DNA from: Dehalococcoidia bacterium
GTDB lineage: Bacteria > Chloroflexota > Dehalococcoidia > GIF9 > UBA5629
Direction: 5' to 3'
DNA length: 61,650 nucleotides
NCBI GenBank assembly: GCA_028716085.1
Contig: JAQUQM010000001.1
Coordinates: 1 to 61,650 of the forward strand
Shown here: piece by piece, positions 17,461-27,235 of the stretch
Numbering within the stretch: position 1 is the first letter of the stretch
Layout of the letters: each line of letters opens with the position of its first letter
Notes under the pieces: model-generated
Told to the model about the DNA's origin: nothing
Databases searched by the model: none
What the model saw: only the letters and a program-made list of their open reading frames with translations
Program-made: the position numbers and the translations under genes

Positions 17461-18408
17461 ATGACAGGCTTTAAAGAGGTCTTTTGGAAAGAGCTGGCTG
17501 ATAACTTTAACAGCAAGAGATTCATTATATTATTCATGCTGGTATACCTTGCGGGAATAGCTACGATCTATATAGCAGCACAGAATATACGAAGCAGCGT
17601 CGGCGACTCTACAGATTTTGTCTTCCTGCATCTTTTTATTGTTTCGGGTAGCAACATTCCGTTTTCCTTTTTACTCTTTCTATCTATCTTTATCCCTATT
17701 GTTGGTATCGCATTAGGATTTGACGCCATCAACAGCGAGCGGACGAGCGGTAATCTTAGCCGGCTGCTTACGCAACCTTTGTACCGCGATGATGTTATCA
17801 ATGGGAAATTTCTTGCCGGCGTAGTCATGCTGTCGATACTGATTATCAGCGTTGTTACTCTCGTTGCAGGATTAGGTCTAAGGATGATAGGAGTTCCTCC
17901 TGAAGCTGAAGAGGTACTTAGGCTTTTTGTATTTATTTTCATCAGTATCCTGTACGGGGCTTTCTGGATGTCCCTTTCCATATTATTCTCTGTGTTGTTC
18001 AGAAAAACAGCTACTTCTGCCCTGGCTTCAATTGCCGTATGGTTGTTTCTTTTCTTGTTTATGACATTGATAGCCGGTCTGATAGCCAGTTCCGTTATAC
18101 CAGTCGATCAGAACTCCACAGTTGAAGAAGTGGCCAGTTTTGATACGCTGTATCGGAATATCAGCAGAATATCCCCCAGTAATCTTTATGGAGAAAGCGT
18201 TCAGGCAATCCTGTTACCACAGATGGGAAGTACCAGTCCCACGATGATGATGATTGGCATATATTCCGGACTGAATCCTGCACCCCTGCCCCTGGGGCAA
18301 AGCCTGATAATTGTGTGGCCGCAACTCGTGAGTTTACTGGCTATAACAGCTATCTGTTTTGCGGTAGCTTATATTCGATTTATGCGCGAAGAGATCAGGT
18401 CTACATAA
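17461..18408 (+). CDS. ABC-2 family permease (NosY/COG1277-like)
   Basis: Six or more predicted TM segments. Starts 3 nt after the ATPase stop. Confidence 0.75.
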   Translation: MTGFKEVFWKELADNFNSKRFIILFMLVYLAGIATIYIAAQNIRSSVGDSTDFVFLHLFIVSGSNIPFSFLLFLSIFIPIVGIALGFDAINSERTSGNLSRLLTQPLYRDDVINGKFLAGVVMLSILIISVVTLVAGLGLRMIGVPPEAEEVLRLFVFIFISILYGAFWMSLSILFSVLFRKTATSALASIAVWLFLFLFMTLIAGLIASSVIPVDQNSTVEEVASFDTLYRNISRISPSNLYGESVQAILLPQMGSTSPTMMMIGIYSGLNPAPLPLGQSLIIVWPQLVSLLAITAICFAVAYIRFMREEIRST

Positions 18409-18517
18409 CGTAAATACAGTTACATCATATAGCCGGCACATTTTTCTAATACGCGACTTGCCTCACAGTGTCTATTCCCTGTATTATCCTTTGAAATAAG
18501 CATTCAGGGAGATCTAT

Positions 18518-19141
18518 ATGATAGTTGAGACACTGACTGTCGGTTTTATTGCTACCAACTGTTATGTTGTAGGTTCAGAGATGACGGGAAAGGGTATGAT
18601 AATCGACCCGGGAGCTGAGCCGAAACTGATACTAAAAACGGTGGCAGATTTGAATTTATCAGTTTCCCTGATTGCTATAACGCATTCCCATTTTGATCAC
18701 ATTGGCGCCCTTAAACAGGTTAAGGATGCGACGGGAGCCAAATTCGCCGTCGGCACAAGCGCCTTAAAAGCCACCACCAGCGCTTTTACCAAGTTAATGG
18801 CAGCTATGTCCGGGAGTTCTGCAACAATTCCCGAGCCTGATATTTTGCTTAAAGATGGAGACAGCATAGATATCGACGATTTGCATTTTAAAGTATTGTA
18901 TACGCCGGGCCATAGCCCTGACGGGATAAGTATATACGGACAGGGTGTTGTATTCAGCGGCGACACACTGTTCAACTATGGGATAGGAAGAACTGATTTT
19001 CCAGGCTGCAGTGAGGAACAACTTTTCGCTGGCATCAAGAACAAATTATATGTACTTCCAGACAATACAGTGGTTTATCCGGGACATGGTCCGGAGACCA
19101 CAATAGGACGTGAAAAAAGGGGCAATCCCTTTATCAGGTGA
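18518..19141 (+). CDS. MBL-fold metallo-hydrolase (glyoxalase II-like)
   Basis: The THSHFDH metal-binding motif, TPGHSPD, and GR(T)DFPG. Confidence 0.85.
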   Translation: MIVETLTVGFIATNCYVVGSEMTGKGMIIDPGAEPKLILKTVADLNLSVSLIAITHSHFDHIGALKQVKDATGAKFAVGTSALKATTSAFTKLMAAMSGSSATIPEPDILLKDGDSIDIDDLHFKVLYTPGHSPDGISIYGQGVVFSGDTLFNYGIGRTDFPGCSEEQLFAGIKNKLYVLPDNTVVYPGHGPETTIGREKRGNPFIR

Positions 19142-19159
19142 TTGCCCCTTAATTATTCT
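19119..19159 (+). terminator. Candidate terminator hairpin overlapping the end of the MBL gene
   Basis: GGGGCAAT (19119-19126)/ATTGCCCC (19141-19148) followed by the T-rich ttaattattct. Confidence 0.4.
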
Positions 19160-19174
19160 GCTATATCCTGGGTA

Positions 19175-21328
19175 TTAGACAAAGATCGGGCAGAGTACCA
19201 GGGTGATAGTGGCTAAGAGCTTTACCAGGACGTGAAGTGAGGGACCAGCGGTATCTTTGAATGGATCACCAACTGTGTCGCCAACTACTGCGGCCTTGTG
19301 AGCGTCAGAACCCTTACCGAGGATATTGCCCTTGTCATCTTTCAATTGATCGTCTTCAATCATCTTCTTGGCATTATCCCAGGCGCCTCCGCCGTTGTTC
19401 ATGAAAGAGGCAAGCATAATGCCTGCGATAGTACCGACCATCAGCAGTGCGGCTACTACCTGCGCGGCATCAAATTGCGGAGACAGATATTTAAAGAGTA
19501 ATCCGATGACAACAGGTGCTAATACCGGTAATAATGCCGGAGCTATCATCTCTCTTAAGCCGGCTTTGGCGGTAATGTCAACGATCTCACCGTAATTGGG
19601 CTTCTCGGTGCCGGCCATAATTCCGGGATGATCATGGAACTGCTTGCGGACCGCAGCAATAATGCTGCTGGCAGTTTTACCAACGGATTTGATTGCCCAT
19701 GCGCTGAAGAGGTAGACAATCATAGCAGCTAGAAGAGCACCCACAAAGACTTCTATGCGGGCGATATCTACAACTGCGAACTTGCCGGCTTCTCCAAACC
19801 TGAGGAAGGACACCCTGTCAAGATAGGCTTGGAACAGCAGGAAGGCAGCCAGGCCGGCGGAAACCATGGCATAACCCTTGGTAAGAGCTTTGGTGGTGTT
19901 GCCTACCGCATCCAGTCTATCCGTAATCTTGCGGATCTCAGGGCCTGCTCCTGCCATTTCGTTGATGCCATTGGCGTTATCAGTAATGGGGCCAAAAGTA
20001 TCCATGGAGAGTACATAGGGGCAGGTCATCAGCATACCCATGGTTGCCACGGCGGTGCCAAATGCTCCACCGCCCTGTACTCCGCTCAATGTACCGAACC
20101 AATAGGCGAGTATCAGGGATGTGCCAATAACGATGGCAGTGGCGAATGTAGTTTCAAAGCCCACCGCTACACCCGCTACGATATTGGTGGCCGGGCCGGT
20201 TTTAGAAGCTTCGGCTATATCTTTAACAGGTTTATAACGGGATTCAGTATAGTACTGGGTAACAAAAATGATAGCGATGCTGGCGGCGATACCCACGATG
20301 CCAGCTGCGAAGAGCCACCAGTTGTTGAGCATGAAATATACGGTGATAGCTAAGCCAATTATTGACAGGACTATGGCTACATAGTAACCGCGATTGAGTG
20401 CGTTCATGGCATTTTCATTTTCTTTTGCCTTCACAAGCATGATACCGATCATACTGGCAACCATACCAAAACCACGTACGCAGAGAGGGAAGAGTACCCA
20501 TGCCACATTGTGGGTTGCAATATATGCAACAACGCCAAGGATCATGGCGCCGATATTTTCGGCGGCAGTTGATTCGAAGAGATCAGCCCCACGGCCGGCG
20601 CAGTCACCGACATTGTCCCCGACCAGGTCAGCGATAACGGCGGCGTTGCGGGGATCGTCTTCGGGTATGCCGGCTTCAACTTTGCCGACCAGGTCAGCGC
20701 CCATATCGGCGGCCTTGGTGTAGATACCACCGCCGAGTTGGGCAAAGAGCGCGACAAAGCTGGCGCCGAAGCCGAAGCCAACTATAAGATGGGGAGATAA
20801 CTCAGGTGTGTTAGCTCCACCGAATGCAAAGAAGATAACGGTAACTCCAATGAGGCTAAGAGCGGTGATCAGGAAACCTGATACTGCGCCACCCTGAAGT
20901 GCTACTTTCACGGCCTCGGTGAGATTTTTCTGCGCAGCGGCTGCGCAACGGACGTTGGATTTCACGGCAATATACATACCTATGAAACCTGATACGCCGG
21001 AGCAAAGAGCACCAACCAGGAAGGCGAGCGCAGTATGCCAGCCGATTGAGATCGGGTCATAGCCGGCTTTCTGTAACGCTTCCTCCGGCGGCAGCACCGC
21101 CACAATTACACCGATGATTATAGCAACTACCACCGTATATATAGCGATAGTGCCATACTGCCTTTTAAGGAACGCCCACGCACCTTCAAAAATCATGTCG
21201 CCAATTTCTTTCATTTTTGGCGTACCCGTGGGTCGGCGCATGATACTTACGATCAGCCATGCTGCAAACGCAAGTGTCAGTACACCGGCAACAGGAACGA
21301 TCCAAAAGATCGGGGGAATTTGTACCAT
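19175..21328 (-). CDS. hppA: Membrane-bound proton-translocating pyrophosphatase
   Basis: 717 aa, about 16 TM segments. GDNVGDCAGRGADLFES, GNTTKA and DTVGDPFKDTAGPS motifs. SD AAGGAGG. Confidence 0.93.
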   Translation of the reverse strand: MVQIPPIFWIVPVAGVLTLAFAAWLIVSIMRRPTGTPKMKEIGDMIFEGAWAFLKRQYGTIAIYTVVVAIIIGVIVAVLPPEEALQKAGYDPISIGWHTALAFLVGALCSGVSGFIGMYIAVKSNVRCAAAAQKNLTEAVKVALQGGAVSGFLITALSLIGVTVIFFAFGGANTPELSPHLIVGFGFGASFVALFAQLGGGIYTKAADMGADLVGKVEAGIPEDDPRNAAVIADLVGDNVGDCAGRGADLFESTAAENIGAMILGVVAYIATHNVAWVLFPLCVRGFGMVASMIGIMLVKAKENENAMNALNRGYYVAIVLSIIGLAITVYFMLNNWWLFAAGIVGIAASIAIIFVTQYYTESRYKPVKDIAEASKTGPATNIVAGVAVGFETTFATAIVIGTSLILAYWFGTLSGVQGGGAFGTAVATMGMLMTCPYVLSMDTFGPITDNANGINEMAGAGPEIRKITDRLDAVGNTTKALTKGYAMVSAGLAAFLLFQAYLDRVSFLRFGEAGKFAVVDIARIEVFVGALLAAMIVYLFSAWAIKSVGKTASSIIAAVRKQFHDHPGIMAGTEKPNYGEIVDITAKAGLREMIAPALLPVLAPVVIGLLFKYLSPQFDAAQVVAALLMVGTIAGIMLASFMNNGGGAWDNAKKMIEDDQLKDDKGNILGKGSDAHKAAVVGDTVGDPFKDTAGPSLHVLVKLLATITLVLCPIFV

Positions 21329-21393
21329 AGTACCTCCTTATTTGATTAATTATGGTAACGCAATTTTACAAGCGTATACCCACCAAATCCGAA

Positions 21394-21422
21394 ATTGTAT
21401 CAGTGGTGACGATGTAAGTCAA
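21394..21422 (-). promoter_or_regulatory. Candidate sigma70-like promoter for hppA (TTGACT-17-TACAAT)
   Basis: The reverse complement reads gcTTGACTtacatcgtcaccactgaTACAATttc, about 65 nt upstream of the hppA ATG. Confidence 0.4.
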
Positions 21423-21423
21423 G

Positions 21424-22095
21424 CTAAATCTTATCGGCAAAAGTGCCTAATTTATCACCTAATATGCTGATTTTCTGCAGTAAATAACTGTTGTTTGCCG
21501 TGATGGTCAGCTCACCCCGCGTCTTTTCAACAATGCCTCTGACGTTGTCCGTGTTTCGTCTTAATCCGTAAGTTATGGCATCAGGGAAATCCATCGTTAC
21601 CAGTATTGAATAAATGCTGTCCATAGCATTAAGAAAATCCTCTGCACGAGCCGGTTCGTTTCTGCGTAAACTATCCAGTAAATATCTTCTCAGTTCCCCA
21701 ACTGACTCAGCCAGGCCATTTAAATATGCGTGATATGGAATTCCCAGTGCATCAGGATCCGGCACATCGTTTTCAATGACAATACCATAACTGATCGCAG
21801 CTTCGGCGTATTCCTTGCAGGAATCCAGAAAATAATTGGCATTGAGCAATTCCCTGTGCGTTTTGCCGTGCTTACCCTGCTCTTCGCGGATTAACGCTGC
21901 TGCTGATTCGATCAACTGGAGCGCTTCGCTTTTCTCCCTGCGATGTAGCGCGCGGATAGCCTTTGAACTGAAACGTATGATTTCTCGGCTCTTTTTCAAT
22001 AATGATTCCCGGGCAGCATCTTTCTTTTCGAAATCATGGCGGATTTTTTCAGATATGGTCTCTAATTTAATGGACAGTTCTTCCTTCTTTTTCAA
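21424..22095 (-). CDS. Translin-family protein (COG2178-like)
   Basis: TTG start with a GGTGA SD. All-helical 223 aa protein whose pattern (FLDSCKEYAEA...YLNGLAESVGELRR...TYGLRRNTD) resembles archaeal/bacterial translin-like proteins. Confidence 0.55.
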   Translation of the reverse strand: MKKKEELSIKLETISEKIRHDFEKKDAARESLLKKSREIIRFSSKAIRALHRREKSEALQLIESAAALIREEQGKHGKTHRELLNANYFLDSCKEYAEAAISYGIVIENDVPDPDALGIPYHAYLNGLAESVGELRRYLLDSLRRNEPARAEDFLNAMDSIYSILVTMDFPDAITYGLRRNTDNVRGIVEKTRGELTITANNSYLLQKISILGDKLGTFADKI

Positions 22096-23134
22096 TTTTG
22101 CTCACCATTCTTTTTATTTCTTTGGATATATTATCTCCGGGTAACGCTGTGCTATCAATTGTAACAGCGATCGCGCCTGCACTGAGGAAAGTTGATATAT
22201 TGTTGGAAGCGGTACCCATCTTCACTACGATTGGAAGTAATGAAGAATTCTGCGAAATCATACTTTTAAAATGTCTGATGGACGCTTTTTCGGCGATTGC
22301 CTGATTATCACGCACAGTTCTTTCCATAAATATGAAATCAACTCCGCTGCGAACCGCATTTTTTACCTGTAGGGCAGTTGCGGCTCGGCAACCTATCAAA
22401 GTATGAAAAGGAAATCGTTGCCTCAGCAATTGTGCAGAAATTGATGAGTCCCTCATACAAAAACAATCCGGATGACAGGCAAGCGCCAGATCAAGATGAT
22501 CGTGTAAAACAAGCAGAGTGGTTCTTGCAGAGCATAGTCCTTTGATATCATTGAGCAGACGTAACATCGCCGGATTCTTCATGGTGCGCGGTTGCCCCGC
22601 CAATTCAACTGCGCTTATACCGCACCCCATAATTTCAGATATTAAAGGTGTCAAATTATCGATTTCTACATTGTTTAGATTGATCAGAATATGCAGTCCC
22701 TTGAATCTCTCCAGAACATCCTGGCGCAGAAGTCTTGCTGATATTGTCTTTTCCAGTACGTAAACTGAATAGCGAACGCTTTTTATACTTGTGGAAATCC
22801 GTAATGGTTTTAATTCGGGTAACTTGGCCAGTTCCTCCATGACGCGCAATCCTTCCTCCACTCTTTTGGCATTGGCTTTCACCATCAAAGGCAGGGTAGC
22901 ATGTTCGGTAGTTATATCGAAATCAGCTCCTATATCGCTTTCCGCCTGTCTTGAAAAAACCAGCTCAGGATCGAGTTTATGAATTAAATGATTGATCTTA
23001 TGACGAATAGATTTAAGCTGACGGCTGGTGTCGGGGTCTTCGATTACAAAGCGGGCGACATCCTCCAGTGTGCGCAGTCCTTCACTAACGCGATTTATGT
23101 TAGCATCAATGATACGAAGAATCCGCGGATGCAC
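22067..23134 (-). CDS. ThiD2-like N-terminal domain fused to a divergent TMP-TENI (ThiE/TenI-fold) domain
   Basis: The N-terminus LRIIDANINRVSEGLRTLEDVARFV is typical of the ThiD2 domain found on some ThiE proteins. The C-terminal half has a TIM-barrel-like pattern, but canonical ThiE motifs are not recognisable. Confidence 0.55.
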   Translation of the reverse strand: MHPRILRIIDANINRVSEGLRTLEDVARFVIEDPDTSRQLKSIRHKINHLIHKLDPELVFSRQAESDIGADFDITTEHATLPLMVKANAKRVEEGLRVMEELAKLPELKPLRISTSIKSVRYSVYVLEKTISARLLRQDVLERFKGLHILINLNNVEIDNLTPLISEIMGCGISAVELAGQPRTMKNPAMLRLLNDIKGLCSARTTLLVLHDHLDLALACHPDCFCMRDSSISAQLLRQRFPFHTLIGCRAATALQVKNAVRSGVDFIFMERTVRDNQAIAEKASIRHFKSMISQNSSLLPIVVKMGTASNNISTFLSAGAIAVTIDSTALPGDNISKEIKRMVSKIEKEGRTVH

Positions 23135-23453
23135 TACTAATATCCTTTAGAGATTCTGGAAGCTGCCCTCCACGGGCTGCCTCGATACTCTGCTTAATCT
23201 GGTCGGGTACTTCCATATTCATATCCTTAAAGCGCTTTTCAAGGTGTTTGCCGATATTTCCGGGGTTTTTGTAGTAATCAGAGCTTGACAGGCTGGAATC
23301 GGGTGATGTTCTGATAGCTATGTTTGCAAAAATACGCGTGAGTCCTTTTTTTTCACAGGTTGGGCACAAAGGATCTGGATCGTAAGAAGATATTTTCATG
23401 AACAGGCTGACTTTATCCCCGCAGTGTTTGCACCAAAATTCGTAAACCGGCAT
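23106..23453 (-). CDS. FmdB-family zinc-ribbon protein
   Basis: MPVYEFWCKHCG...CPTCEKKGLTRIF (CxxC...CxxC) N-terminus. Confidence 0.75.
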   Translation of the reverse strand: MPVYEFWCKHCGDKVSLFMKISSYDPDPLCPTCEKKGLTRIFANIAIRTSPDSSLSSSDYYKNPGNIGKHLEKRFKDMNMEVPDQIKQSIEAARGGQLPESLKDISSASADSSYH

Positions 23454-23494
23454 ATCAGGTCTCCGTATTTGATATTGATTCTGGCAATGAGCTG

Positions 23495-23830
23495 CTATGC
23501 GCTGTCCCCGGAGCTGGGCATTTCGCCTTTTTCCATCCTTTCTATTGTTTCCCTGTATTCCGGCGCTACGGGCTCACCGCCGCTCATGCGTTTATTCCAT
23601 TCAACCAGGGCTTGCGGATCATTATGCAGCAAACCTTTCGTCATCTGTGTATCAGAGAGGATACTATCATAAACATCTTTATATGATTTTTGCGTGGAAA
23701 AAGAAGAAAACAACCTCTGCAAAGAATCCTTACGGCATTCCGGGCAGTGCGGGACTTCAGTAGTATACGTAGCGGAGAACAGGTCGAGTTTTCGTCTGCA
23801 ATTCCCGCACCAGTATTCGTAGATTGGCAT
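23495..23830 (-). CDS. FmdB-family zinc-ribbon protein (tandem paralog)
   Basis: MPIYEYWCGNCR...CPECRKDSLQRLFS N-terminus. Confidence 0.75.
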   Translation of the reverse strand: MPIYEYWCGNCRRKLDLFSATYTTEVPHCPECRKDSLQRLFSSFSTQKSYKDVYDSILSDTQMTKGLLHNDPQALVEWNKRMSGGEPVAPEYRETIERMEKGEMPSSGDSA

Positions 23831-23975
23831 CTAAGGCTCCTGATTATGTGATTTTAGCACATGTACGGAAGTTGTTAAAAAGCGGTGACGCGCCATTTTA
23901 AATAGTCACCAAACTATGCATAATCAATTGACACTCTATGTCGTACTTTAATAAAATGCTGCGAGGAGATTGTAC

Positions 23976-26624
23976 ATGGATAGCAACCAGATTCGCGATA
24001 CTTTTTTAAACTTCTTCAATGAAAAAAAACATAAAATCATACCGAGTTCATCGTTGATTCCACATGGCGATCCAACTTTGCTTCTGACCACTGCCGGCAT
24101 GGTGCAGATCAAGCCGTATTTTCTCGGCCTGATGAAACCACCCAATCACAGGCTGGCATCGTGTCAAAAGTGCTTCAGGACAACCGATATTGATTCAGTG
24201 GGCGATAATAAACATCTAACCTTCTTTGAAATGCTGGGGAATTTCAGTGTAGGTGACTATTTTAAAAAAGAAGCAGTAGCGTGGGCGTGGGAATTTGTTA
24301 CCGATAGATTAAAGCTCGATCCTGAGAAGCTCTGGGTCACGATCTTTCTGGACGATGATGAAGCATATAATATCTGGCGTAGCATTAATTTTCCTGCTGA
24401 AAAAATAGTACGCCTGGGCGAAAAAGACAATTTCTGGGGACCTGCGGGTGATTCCGGCCCATGTGGCCCATGCAGTGAAATCCATTATGACTTCGGTGAC
24501 AAGTTTGGCTGTGGAAAGCCCGATTGCGGACCTGATTGCGGTTGTGGAAGGTTTTCCGAAATATGGAACCTGGTCTTTACTGAATATAACCAGGCTCCCG
24601 ACGGATCCCGGACTAAATTGCCCAAACCGAATATCGATACGGGCATGGGACTTGAAAGGATAGTTGCTGCTTCAAATGATGATCCCTCGGTCTATGATAC
24701 GGACCTTTTTCAGCCCATGCTGAAGAAACTTGCACAACTGACAGGCAAAACTACCGGCAAAAATGGATCAATAGATAAATCCTTAAAAATCATCGCCGAG
24801 CATAGCCGTGGAATCACCTTTCTTATTGCGGATGGTGTTTTGCCGTCCAATGAGGGGCGGGGCTATGTACTGAGGAGGATACTGAGGCGGGCGTGTTTTC
24901 TGGGGCACAAATTAGGCATAAAAAAAGTATTTGTTGGCGAAATAGCGGACGTTGTTATAAACAAAATGGGGAAGGTTTACCCGGAACTTGTCACAAATAA
25001 AAAACTCATTTTCGATGTTATCAGAAATGAAGAGGAAAAGTTTAATGATACACTTGATGCGGGTATTAATCTGTGTGAAAAGGCCATAGCTGATGCTAAA
25101 GCACAGAAGAGGAATTGTCTGCTGAGCGAAGAGGTGTTCAAGTTTTGGGATACTTTCGGTTTCCCGTTTGAGCTGAGCCTGGAGATTGCCCATGACCACG
25201 GTATAGAAATAGACCAGAAGGGCTTTGAAGCGGAAATGGAGAAGCAGCGTGAACGTGCCAGATCAAGTCATAAATTTACAGCGGAATTTTCTACCAGCAT
25301 TGGACTTGGATCAGAAATAAAACCTACAGAATTCATTGGATATAATGAGCTATCGACAAGATCAAAGATCATCCAGATTATCGACGATAAAACAGCTAAA
25401 CATATTGATCAGGCCAATAAGGGCAAAAGTGTAACTCTTGTTTTAGATAGGACTCCCTTCTATGGTGAGATGGGTGGACAGGTAGGTGATACCGGAACGA
25501 TTCAATCGAAATCGGGTGAGATCAGGGTAACCAATTCCACATCATTGCCGAACGGGGGAATAGCGATTTCGGGAGATATTGTTGCAGGCACAATTTCGAT
25601 TGGAGATGCTGTGGATGCTTCTGTCGATAAAGAACGCCGTCTGGACATTGCAAGGAATCATACAGCGACACATATACTTCAAGCAGCGCTGCGAAAAGTA
25701 TTAGGCAGTCATGTTTCGCAAAGAGGATCATTGGTTGCCCCGGAAAGGCTGCGTTTCGATTTCACACACCTGGTAAGCATCACCAGTGAAGAGCTAAAAG
25801 AAATCCAGGCTTTTGTAAATGAAGTTATCAGGAAAGACTTACCGGTAGCTACCGAATCATGTTCGTATGATAAGGCGGTTAAGGATGGAGCCATGGCTAT
25901 ATTTGAAGAGAAGTATGGCGATGTTGTCCGGGTGGTTCGAATAGGAGAACCCAGGGTTAGTGCCGAGCTTTGTGGAGGAACACATGTAGGAACCACGGGA
26001 GAAATAGGCTATTTTGTCGTTGTAAATGAGAGCAGCATAGGAACAGGATTACGCAGAATTGAAGCTGTAACCGGCAGGGGAGCTGAGTCCTTCGTCAATG
26101 AAAGATTATCTATCCTGAGCGAAGCAGCGAACGAGCTAAGGGCTCCGGTTATTGAGATACCTGAAAAAATCAGGAGTATAGTTGATAGTCTTAGTTACTG
26201 TGAAAAACAGATTGCAGCTCAGCAAAAAGAGCTGGCCAGATATGAGGTTCAGGGAATTGTCAAAGAAAACACCAGGGAAGTTGGCGGGGTGCAAATAGTT
26301 CATGCTCAGGTCTCCTCCATGCCGATGTCGATGTTACTGCAACTGGGGGATTTTTTAAAGGAAGAGCTGAAGAGCGCTGTTATCGTACTGGCGACTGTAT
26401 ATGAGGATAGACCTTATTTTGTGGCTACGATTACGCCTGATCTTATTCAGAAAGGTTTGCACAGCGGAAAAATAATTAAGAAAGTGGCAGAGATAGCCGG
26501 TGGCAGCGGTGGAGGTAAAGCCGAGACAGCCCAGGCTGGAGCTAAATATAAAGAAAAACTCCCCGATGCTATTGGCACGGTTCCCCAGATAATCAAAGAT
26601 TTCCTGGATGGTAAAAATGCCTAG
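23976..26624 (+). CDS. alaS: Alanine--tRNA ligase
   Basis: GAGGAG lies 7 nt upstream of ATG 23976. FFNEKKHKIIPSSSL, FEMLGNFS, HTATH editing motif, C-terminal DHHA1-like GGGK. Confidence 0.95.
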   Translation: MDSNQIRDTFLNFFNEKKHKIIPSSSLIPHGDPTLLLTTAGMVQIKPYFLGLMKPPNHRLASCQKCFRTTDIDSVGDNKHLTFFEMLGNFSVGDYFKKEAVAWAWEFVTDRLKLDPEKLWVTIFLDDDEAYNIWRSINFPAEKIVRLGEKDNFWGPAGDSGPCGPCSEIHYDFGDKFGCGKPDCGPDCGCGRFSEIWNLVFTEYNQAPDGSRTKLPKPNIDTGMGLERIVAASNDDPSVYDTDLFQPMLKKLAQLTGKTTGKNGSIDKSLKIIAEHSRGITFLIADGVLPSNEGRGYVLRRILRRACFLGHKLGIKKVFVGEIADVVINKMGKVYPELVTNKKLIFDVIRNEEEKFNDTLDAGINLCEKAIADAKAQKRNCLLSEEVFKFWDTFGFPFELSLEIAHDHGIEIDQKGFEAEMEKQRERARSSHKFTAEFSTSIGLGSEIKPTEFIGYNELSTRSKIIQIIDDKTAKHIDQANKGKSVTLVLDRTPFYGEMGGQVGDTGTIQSKSGEIRVTNSTSLPNGGIAISGDIVAGTISIGDAVDASVDKERRLDIARNHTATHILQAALRKVLGSHVSQRGSLVAPERLRFDFTHLVSITSEELKEIQAFVNEVIRKDLPVATESCSYDKAVKDGAMAIFEEKYGDVVRVVRIGEPRVSAELCGGTHVGTTGEIGYFVVVNESSIGTGLRRIEAVTGRGAESFVNERLSILSEAANELRAPVIEIPEKIRSIVDSLSYCEKQIAAQQKELARYEVQGIVKENTREVGGVQIVHAQVSSMPMSMLLQLGDFLKEELKSAVIVLATVYEDRPYFVATITPDLIQKGLHSGKIIKKVAEIAGGSGGGKAETAQAGAKYKEKLPDAIGTVPQIIKDFLDGKNA

Positions 26625-27039
26625 AAACTTGGGACTGGATATAGGAGATCGTAAAATAGGGGTCGCCTTATCCGATCCCTCCTGTACTCTGGCAACACCG
26701 CTAAAAACGATAATCAGGCTGGACGATGATAGTGCGATTACCGAGATAGTTGGATTAGCTACGAAATATAATGTCGACAAAATAATCGTAGGCCTTCCTT
26801 ATTCACTGAACGGCACTATAGGAAAGCAGGCAGAGAAAGTTCTCCTGTTCAAAGACAAATTACTACAGCGATCATCCATAGCTATACTGATGCAAGACGA
26901 AAGGCTTTCTTCCGTATCTGCAAACCAGAAGCTGCGGGAGGCCGGCAAGAAAAAGGATAAACTAAAGAAAGAGATGGATGCTGCTGCTGCATCGGTAATT
27001 CTGCAGGATTATCTGGATACTCTCAAACTATCATCTTGA
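26617..27039 (+). CDS. ruvX: Holliday junction resolvase-like RNase YqgF/RuvX
   Basis: LGLDIGDRKIGVALSD N-terminus and the DERLSS motif. Overlaps the alaS stop. Confidence 0.85.
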   Translation: MPRNLGLDIGDRKIGVALSDPSCTLATPLKTIIRLDDDSAITEIVGLATKYNVDKIIVGLPYSLNGTIGKQAEKVLLFKDKLLQRSSIAILMQDERLSSVSANQKLREAGKKKDKLKKEMDAAAASVILQDYLDTLKLSS

Positions 27040-27235
27040 TATTCAATGCGTTGATTATCTATACGGACTTTGCCAGTAAGGGATTTGATTAATTCTGTTG
27101 ACTTTGAGTCCGCGGAGTATGTATTACCCGAAGACAGTATATGGTACTTAATTACGAAATAGGTAAGCCTGCAATAATTTTGCTGATATCCATAAAACGT
27201 TATATCATATTAAGATTATTTAGTTCTGCCTGGGA

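Noticed and set aside
23831-23975. Possible T-box leader upstream of alaS (and likewise 43486..43611 upstream of aspS)
   Set aside because: The gaps are only about 125-145 nt. They have no T-box consensus (AATTAGGGTGGTACCGCG-like), no specifier/antiterminator architecture and no terminator before the start.
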